From positions 381,418 through 445,417 of the forward strand of contig SCUL01000002.1 of the NCBI GenBank assembly GCA_004297205.1: 64,000 bases of DNA, written 5' to 3'. Position numbers and translations under genes: made by a program. Under the pieces are notes generated by a model, which made no database searches, had not been told where the DNA came from, and saw only the letters and a list, made by a program, of their open reading frames with translations. Positions 58,453-64,000 of this stretch are shown here, one piece after another. Position 1 is the stretch's first letter. Each line of letters opens with the position of its first letter. Origin of the DNA: Patescibacteria group bacterium. GTDB lineage: Bacteria; Patescibacteriota; Patescibacteriia; 2-12-FULL-57-11.

Positions 58453-59562
58453 TCACCACTCCTCCGCCGCGGGGGCGAAGGAAGCGATGAGCATCTCCAC
58501 GATCTTCGCGGGGTCGATGGCGACCGCCGGGAGATGGGGGTTGGCGAGCATCTTGTTGCCCGCCGTGAGGTCGTCGCGCCAGAAGTCGATCGGGGTCCCG
58601 AAGGGCCGACCGTGCTGCTCGAGCGCGTCTTCCTCTTCTTCGGTCGGCGGCCGGCCGAGCGCGGCGCGCCGCCAGGCGGCAACGGCCGCGTGCAGCGTGA
58701 TACCGCTGTTTTTGTCGGCCCGGCAGAAGAACCCGCCGTCCTCGAGCCGCAGCACCACGTTCGGCGCCTCGGTGTCGAAGAGCCAGTCCGCCAGATACGG
58801 CGAGGTGCTGTGGCAGACCGCCACGCGGATCGTCCCCTGCGGCGTGGCCGCCGGGATGATCCGTCCGAAGCCGACCAGCCAGTCGCGGGCCGCCGCCCGG
58901 CGCCCCATGTCGAGGTGCTGGCCGGCGTGCTCGAGGATGCACTCGTGCAGCCAGGGCGTGCCGGGCTGACGGCTCCAGGACCGGAGCCACGGGACGTTCA
59001 TGTCCCGCGGCGCGACGTTTCCGGCGCGGAACCGGCCGAGCGCGGCGCGCGCCAGGAAGCGGCAAGCCGCTTCCGCCTCGGCCGCGGGATAGACCCCGGC
59101 CTCGGCCAGCACCCACAGCGCCTGCACGGTCTCCGAGAGCGTCCCGGGGAACGTGCCGAACAGCGGGTCGCGCGCCGTCGGATCGCCGGCCAGGAGCTTC
59201 GGGAGCTCCGTGAGTCCGGCATAGTCCGGCGACGCCAGAAGCGTCTTCGGATCAAGGCCGCCCTCCCCGGGACAGACGCCGACGAGAATGGCGCGCTGGC
59301 GCTCCTCGTAGGCGACCGGCGCCAGGGTCCCCGCCTCGGGGATGTCCTTGCGCCACTCGGGTCCGACTGCCGCCCGCCGAATCCGGGCATCGGCCGCAAC
59401 GTGCGCGGCCAGGTCCGGATGGGTCGTGAGCACTTCGGCCGCGACCCAGCCCATGATGCCGCTGCGCGGAATCACGATCTCGGTCTTCTTCACGGTCGGT
59501 GCCTCGGCAGACACCGGCGCGGCCGCTGCGGCCGCCGTATCCACCACCCTGCGACGGGTCAA
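58453..59562 (-). CDS. degenerate paralog of the adjacent MYG1/DHH-like protein (about 369 aa)
   Basis: GGAGG before TTG; ILVGVCPGEGGLD, GITLHAAVAAWRR, GNKMLANPHLP mirror the neighbour. Confidence 0.55.
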   Translation of the reverse strand: MTRRRVVDTAAAAAAPVSAEAPTVKKTEIVIPRSGIMGWVAAEVLTTHPDLAAHVAADARIRRAAVGPEWRKDIPEAGTLAPVAYEERQRAILVGVCPGEGGLDPKTLLASPDYAGLTELPKLLAGDPTARDPLFGTFPGTLSETVQALWVLAEAGVYPAAEAEAACRFLARAALGRFRAGNVAPRDMNVPWLRSWSRQPGTPWLHECILEHAGQHLDMGRRAAARDWLVGFGRIIPAATPQGTIRVAVCHSTSPYLADWLFDTEAPNVVLRLEDGGFFCRADKNSGITLHAAVAAWRRAALGRPPTEEEEDALEQHGRPFGTPIDFWRDDLTAGNKMLANPHLPAVAIDPAKIVEMLIASFAPAAEEW

Positions 59563-59846
59563 TTGAGCCTCCGTCTTCCGGGGGAATATGGTCCCGGAAA
59601 GACCGCGCAACATACCACAATTCTTGCCCCAGGTCAACCCCCGTGCTAGAGTCGCGTCAGAAGTCTTGACCCGTCGAAACGGCAGCCTTCCGCGCCTGTT
59701 GTGCCTGTTGCCGACCACTTCGCCATGAGGATCGCTCACGCATTGCTTCTTTCTTTTCCCCGTCCGCCCCGCTGAGCGGGGCCGCTTTGCGTTACGTCTC
59801 CCGGCGTTTCCGGCAGCGGGTCTGGGCGCGGTCTGCCCTGACCCCT

Positions 59847-61370
59847 ATGTCCCCGCTTTCCATCATTCTGCTCCTCGTCGGCCTCGTTGCCGGCGGGGCG
59901 GTTGGCTATGTCCTGCGCCAGAAACTGGCCGCCGGCAAAATCGGCTCGGCCGAAACCAAGGCCGAACACATCGTGGCTGAGGCCGCCAAAAAAGCGCAGC
60001 AGGCCGCGCTCGACGCCACCGACAAGGCGCTCAAAATCGTCGAAGACGGCAAACGGGAAGCCGCCGCCCGCCGCAACGAAGTCTTGGAAACCCAGCAGCG
60101 GTTGGAAAAGCGCGAGGCGCTCTTCGACCAGAAGCTGATGGAGTTCCAGGACAAGGTGACGAAGCTCCAAGAGAAGGCCGCGGCCGTGGAAGCCGACCGC
60201 GCCGCCATCAGCACGCTCAAAGAGGAACAGATCGAAAAACTCCAGGCCATCGCCGGGCTGACCCGAGAGCAGGCCATCGAACGCATCACCGCGCTCGTCG
60301 AAGAATCGCAGAAGGAAGAAATCGTCTCGCGCATCCGCAAACTCGAACAGGTCACCGCGGACGAACTCGACGTCAAAGCCAAGAACATCCTGGCGACGAC
60401 CATCCAGCGGCTGGCCTCCTCGCACGCCGTCGACACCACGACGACCGCGGTGCAGCTGCCGGCCGACGACATGAAGGGCCGCATCATCGGCAAGGAAGGC
60501 CGCAACATCAAAGCCATCGAAAACCTCACGGGGTGCGAGCTCATCGTCGACGACACGCCGGGCATCATCACCATCTCCGGCTTTTCCCCGGTGCGCCGCC
60601 AGATCGCCAAGCGCGCGCTCGACAAGCTGCTGGCCGACGGGCGCATCCACCCGGGCCGCATCGAGGAGGCGGTCGATGAAGCCAAGAAGGAACTCAACAA
60701 CGACATGAAGAAAGCCGGCGAGGAAGCGCTCTACGCGCTCGGCATCACCGGCGTCGATCCGAAATTGATCCAGATTCTCGGCCGCCTCAAGTTCCGCACC
60801 AGCTACGGCCAGAACGCGCTGCTTCACTCCATGGAAGTGGCGCAGCTGGCCACCCTCATGGCCGAAGAGCTCGGCGCCGACATCACCGTCTGCAAAAAGG
60901 GCGGCCTGTTCCACGACATCGGCAAAGCCGTGGACCACGACATCCAGGGCTCGCACCCGGAGATCGGCTACAACATCATGAAGAAGTTCGGCTTCTCCGA
61001 GGAGCTCTGCTACCAGTCGATCGGCCACCACGAGGATAAGCCGAAGACGCTCGAAGCCGTGATCGTGAAGGCCGCCGATGCGATCAGCGGCGCCCGCCCC
61101 GGCGCGCGCAAGGACACCTTGGCCGAATACGTCCGCCGCCTCGAGGAACTGGAGAATGTGGCGACCTCGTTCCCGGGCGTCGAAAAGGCCTATGCCATCC
61201 AGGCCGGCCGCGACCTGCGCGTCTTCGTCTCGCCCAAGGCCGTCGACGACTTCGCCGCCTACAAGCTTGCCAAGGAGATCGCCAGCAAGATCGAGGCCGA
61301 CCTCAAGTACCCCGGCGAAATCCGCGTCACGGTGATCCGCGAAACGCGCGTCATCGAAACGGCCCGCTAA
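59847..61370 (+). CDS. rny: ribonuclease Y
   Basis: TM anchor, coiled coil, KH MKGRIIGKEGRNI, RTSYGQN, HDIGKA, ADAISGARPGAR, AIQAGR. Confidence 0.97.
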   Translation: MSPLSIILLLVGLVAGGAVGYVLRQKLAAGKIGSAETKAEHIVAEAAKKAQQAALDATDKALKIVEDGKREAAARRNEVLETQQRLEKREALFDQKLMEFQDKVTKLQEKAAAVEADRAAISTLKEEQIEKLQAIAGLTREQAIERITALVEESQKEEIVSRIRKLEQVTADELDVKAKNILATTIQRLASSHAVDTTTTAVQLPADDMKGRIIGKEGRNIKAIENLTGCELIVDDTPGIITISGFSPVRRQIAKRALDKLLADGRIHPGRIEEAVDEAKKELNNDMKKAGEEALYALGITGVDPKLIQILGRLKFRTSYGQNALLHSMEVAQLATLMAEELGADITVCKKGGLFHDIGKAVDHDIQGSHPEIGYNIMKKFGFSEELCYQSIGHHEDKPKTLEAVIVKAADAISGARPGARKDTLAEYVRRLEELENVATSFPGVEKAYAIQAGRDLRVFVSPKAVDDFAAYKLAKEIASKIEADLKYPGEIRVTVIRETRVIETAR

Positions 61371-61374
61371 ACCC

Positions 61375-62175
61375 ATGGAGATCCTCGTCTTCGGGGACGT
61401 CATGGGCCGCGTCGGCCGGCGCGCGCTTGCGGCCGTGCTCCCCGCCTGGAAAAAGGCGTACGCACCAGACCTGGTGATCGCCAACGGCGAGAACCTGGCC
61501 CACGGCAAAGGCGTCACGGAATCCACGGCGCAGGAATTGTTCGACGCGGGCGTGCACCTGCTGACCGGGGGCAACCACACCTTCGAGGGCCACGGCGCAA
61601 TGATGCTGGCCCATCCGCTCTGGCAGGACCGCGTGCTGCGCCCCGACAACTACCCAAGCGACCGGCCCGGCAAAGGCGTCGTCGTCCTCGACGTCGGCGG
61701 CACGCCGGTGCTTGTGGTAAACTTGCTCTGCCGGGTGAAGATGCGTGACGGCGAATTGGTCGCCGATCCCTTCGCCGCCTTTGACCGCATCGTCGCGGCG
61801 CATCCTGAGGCCAAGATCGTGCTGGTCGACCTGCACGGCGAAATCACCTCGGAACGCGTCGGCTTCGGCTGGCACGCCGCGGGGCGCGCCGCCGCCGTCT
61901 GGGGGACGCACACCCATGTGCCGACCGCGGACACGCGCCTGCTCCCGCCGGGCACGGCCTTCCAGACCGACGTCGGCATGACCGGCTTCGCGGACGGCAT
62001 CATCGGCATCGACAAGGCCGCTCCCCTGAGCGCCTTCCGCAACGGCGAGCCGCTGCGCGGCGCCGAGATGCCGGAGAACGGCTACGCCGTGGTGAACGCC
62101 CTGCGCCTCACGGTCGACCCGGCCACCGGCCGCGCCACGCACGTCGAACGTTTGCAAGAATACGTCACCATTTAA
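61375..62175 (+). CDS. ymdB: YmdB-type (TIGR00282) metallophosphoesterase
   Basis: GDVMG, NGENLAHGKG, TGGNH, DLHGEITSE, GTHTHVPTAD, TDVGMTG; follows rny. Confidence 0.92.
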   Translation: MEILVFGDVMGRVGRRALAAVLPAWKKAYAPDLVIANGENLAHGKGVTESTAQELFDAGVHLLTGGNHTFEGHGAMMLAHPLWQDRVLRPDNYPSDRPGKGVVVLDVGGTPVLVVNLLCRVKMRDGELVADPFAAFDRIVAAHPEAKIVLVDLHGEITSERVGFGWHAAGRAAAVWGTHTHVPTADTRLLPPGTAFQTDVGMTGFADGIIGIDKAAPLSAFRNGEPLRGAEMPENGYAVVNALRLTVDPATGRATHVERLQEYVTI

Positions 62176-62187
62176 GTAAATAGCAGA

Positions 62188-62303
62188 GGCCTCGCCGTTT
62201 GGATGCAGCGCGCGAAGGCCGCGAGGAGCGAAGGGAGTCGTACACATCGTACGGTGACCGAGCCCCGGAGCGGCCGACAAAGCGATGCGCCAAACGAGAG
62301 GCC
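62188..62303. repeat. REP/MITE-like element with inverted ends upstream of hup
   Basis: GGCCTC..CGTTTGG...CCAAACG..GAGGCC enclosing a CGTAC-ACATC-GTACG hairpin. Confidence 0.5.
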
Positions 62304-62311
62304 GAGTGCAT

Positions 62312-62602
62312 ATGAACAAGGCAGAACTCGCAGCAGCCCTTGCAGAGAAACTGCAGCTCCCCAAGACCCAGACGGAGCGGATGATCGAAGAGACGACGGA
62401 GATCATCACGCAGACGCTCAAGTCCGGGGGAGAAGTGAACATCGCCGGCTTCGGCGCCTTCCTGGCCCGCACCCGCAAAGGCCGCACCGGCGTGAACCCG
62501 CGCAACCCCACCGAAAAGATCCAGATCGCCGACGTCACCGTGCCGAAGTTCAAGGCCGGAAAGAACCTCAAGGACGCGCTCAAAGAAAAACCCACCGCGT
62601 AG
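62312..62602 (+). CDS. hup: HU family DNA-binding protein
   Basis: MNKAEL, GFGAF, RTGVNPRNPTEKIQI, PKFKAGKNLKD. Confidence 0.95.
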   Translation: MNKAELAAALAEKLQLPKTQTERMIEETTEIITQTLKSGGEVNIAGFGAFLARTRKGRTGVNPRNPTEKIQIADVTVPKFKAGKNLKDALKEKPTA

Positions 62603-62610
62603 CGGAAATC

Positions 62611-62638
62611 AAAAACGCCCCCGCGCAGGGGGCGTTTT
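62611..62638. terminator. bidirectional intrinsic terminator
   Basis: AAAAACGCCCCC-GCGCA-GGGGGCGTTTT. Confidence 0.85.
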
Positions 62639-62649
62639 GCGTTGACGGT

Positions 62650-63915
62650 TCAGGCGACGCGCAGTCCCACCCAGGCGCGGACCGCGTCGAGCAAATCATT
62701 CTTCGGGAGCAGGTCGGTTTTCTCGGAGCCACGTTCTTTCCACTCCACCGCGTCCTTGGCGAGCGTCTTCTCCGAAACGATCAAGCGCAGCGGAATGCCG
62801 ATGAGGTCGGCGTCGGCGAATTTTTCTCCGGGCGGCGCGTCACGATCATCCCAGAGCACTTCAAGTCCGCAGCCCTCGATGTCCTTCACGAGTTCTTCCG
62901 CGGCGGCCAGGACTTTGTCCGGATCCTTGCCGCCGATCGAGACCACGTGGATGTCGAAGGGTGCCGCGCCGCGCGGCCAGACGATCCCCTTGTCATCATG
63001 ATGGACTTCGACGATCGTCCCCATCACGCGCGAGGGGCCGATGCCGTAACAACCCATGAGGACCGATTGCGGTTTGCCGTCAGGACCCGCGACCTTGAAG
63101 TCGAATGCGTCGGTGAAGCGGGACTTCAGCGGGAAAATGTTGCCGACTTCGATGGCTTTGTCGGCTTTGATCGTCCCCTCCCCACACTTCGGACAAGTGT
63201 CGCCCTCCTTCACCTCGGCGATTTCCTTGTTCTGCGCAAAACCGCACGTGCAATGGAAGACCAGGTCTTCGCCGGATTCGGTCAGCACCTGGAACTCGTG
63301 GCTGAACTTGGAGAAGGCACCGCCGGACGCTTCGACGATCAACGCCTCGAGTCCGCAACGGCGGTAGACGTTGAAGTAGGCCTCCTTGGCGCGCTCGTAA
63401 TACTCCTCGAAGTCGGCTTCCGTGAGATGGAAGCTGTACATGTCCTTCATAGAAAACTCGCGGCCGCGCAACAGGCCCGACTTGGCGCGTGGTTCGTTCC
63501 GGAATTTGTCCTGGATCTGGTAGACGGAGGTCGGCAGATCCTTGTAGGACTTCACGAACTGCTGCACGAGCGGAGTCACGATCTCCTCGTGCGTCGAGCC
63601 GAGCGCGTACTCCTTGCCGCCGTGGCCTTCCAGCTTGAACAGCACGTCGATCTCGTCCCAACGGCCGGTCGTCGTCCACGGTTCCTTCGGCGTGAGCGCG
63701 GGCATCAGCACTTCCTGGGCGCCGAGCGCGTTCATCTCCTCGCGGATGACGTTCTTGATCTTGTCGAGGACGCGCAGGCCGAGCGGGAGATACGTGTAGA
63801 TGCCGGCGGCGAGCTGGCTGGTGTAGCCGCCTTGCACCAGGAGGCGGGCATTGGCCGAATCGGCATCGTGCGGCGCGGTCTTCGAGGTCTTGGCGAACAG
63901 CTGGGAGTAGCGCAT
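62650..63915 (-). CDS. proS: proline--tRNA ligase, short form without INS editing domain
   Basis: THEE, SYKDLP, YQIQDKFRNEPRAKSGLLRGREFSMKDMYSF, IEVGNIF, MGCYGIG, KFADADLIGIP. Confidence 0.96.
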   Translation of the reverse strand: MRYSQLFAKTSKTAPHDADSANARLLVQGGYTSQLAAGIYTYLPLGLRVLDKIKNVIREEMNALGAQEVLMPALTPKEPWTTTGRWDEIDVLFKLEGHGGKEYALGSTHEEIVTPLVQQFVKSYKDLPTSVYQIQDKFRNEPRAKSGLLRGREFSMKDMYSFHLTEADFEEYYERAKEAYFNVYRRCGLEALIVEASGGAFSKFSHEFQVLTESGEDLVFHCTCGFAQNKEIAEVKEGDTCPKCGEGTIKADKAIEVGNIFPLKSRFTDAFDFKVAGPDGKPQSVLMGCYGIGPSRVMGTIVEVHHDDKGIVWPRGAAPFDIHVVSIGGKDPDKVLAAAEELVKDIEGCGLEVLWDDRDAPPGEKFADADLIGIPLRLIVSEKTLAKDAVEWKERGSEKTDLLPKNDLLDAVRAWVGLRVA

Positions 63916-64000
63916 AACGGGAAAAATCTATCATGATCCGACGCATTTGTCATGCTGGATGGAGCAAAGGATTCTTTCAGCCCTTGTGCGAGGAAAAATG

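Overview
High-GC bacterial chromosome segment with hallmarks of Patescibacteria (CPR, Parcubacteria-like): the str/S10/spc ribosomal cluster lacks rpmD (L30) and adk, AspRS and ProRS are short, and housekeeping genes lack Shine-Dalgarno sites. Most of the window is housekeeping: purL/purQ, scpAB, aspS/asnS, recO, secY, ribosomal proteins, fusA/tuf, ndk, comEC, glmS, leuS, gdhA, trxAB, infB, truB, rny, ymdB, hup, proS, tRNA-fMet and tRNA-Pro. The standout is a complete diversity-generating retroelement (DGR) between infB and truB (52.3-55.1 kb). It has a target gene with a C-terminal VR, a 136-bp TR that differs from VR at 15 positions (all TR adenines), an RT, and an avd gene on the opposite strand overlapping the RT head-to-head. 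One C9/G9 homopolymer lies in that overlap. At 9 nt, the avd ATG (53270) and the upstream RT ATG (53348) both hit early stops; at 8 or 11 nt both genes become full-length together. This suggests a single slipped-strand ON/OFF switch for the hypermutation machine, although a homopolymer read error is the alternative. Other leads: tandem motif-intact/degenerate MYG1/DHH-like paralogs beside rny, a RelA/SpoT-like nucleotidyltransferase downstream of an attenuator-like leader, a FecR-Ig plus CHASE2 adenylate cyclase pair, and several long structured leaders. All calls are by-eye motif recognition with no database search.
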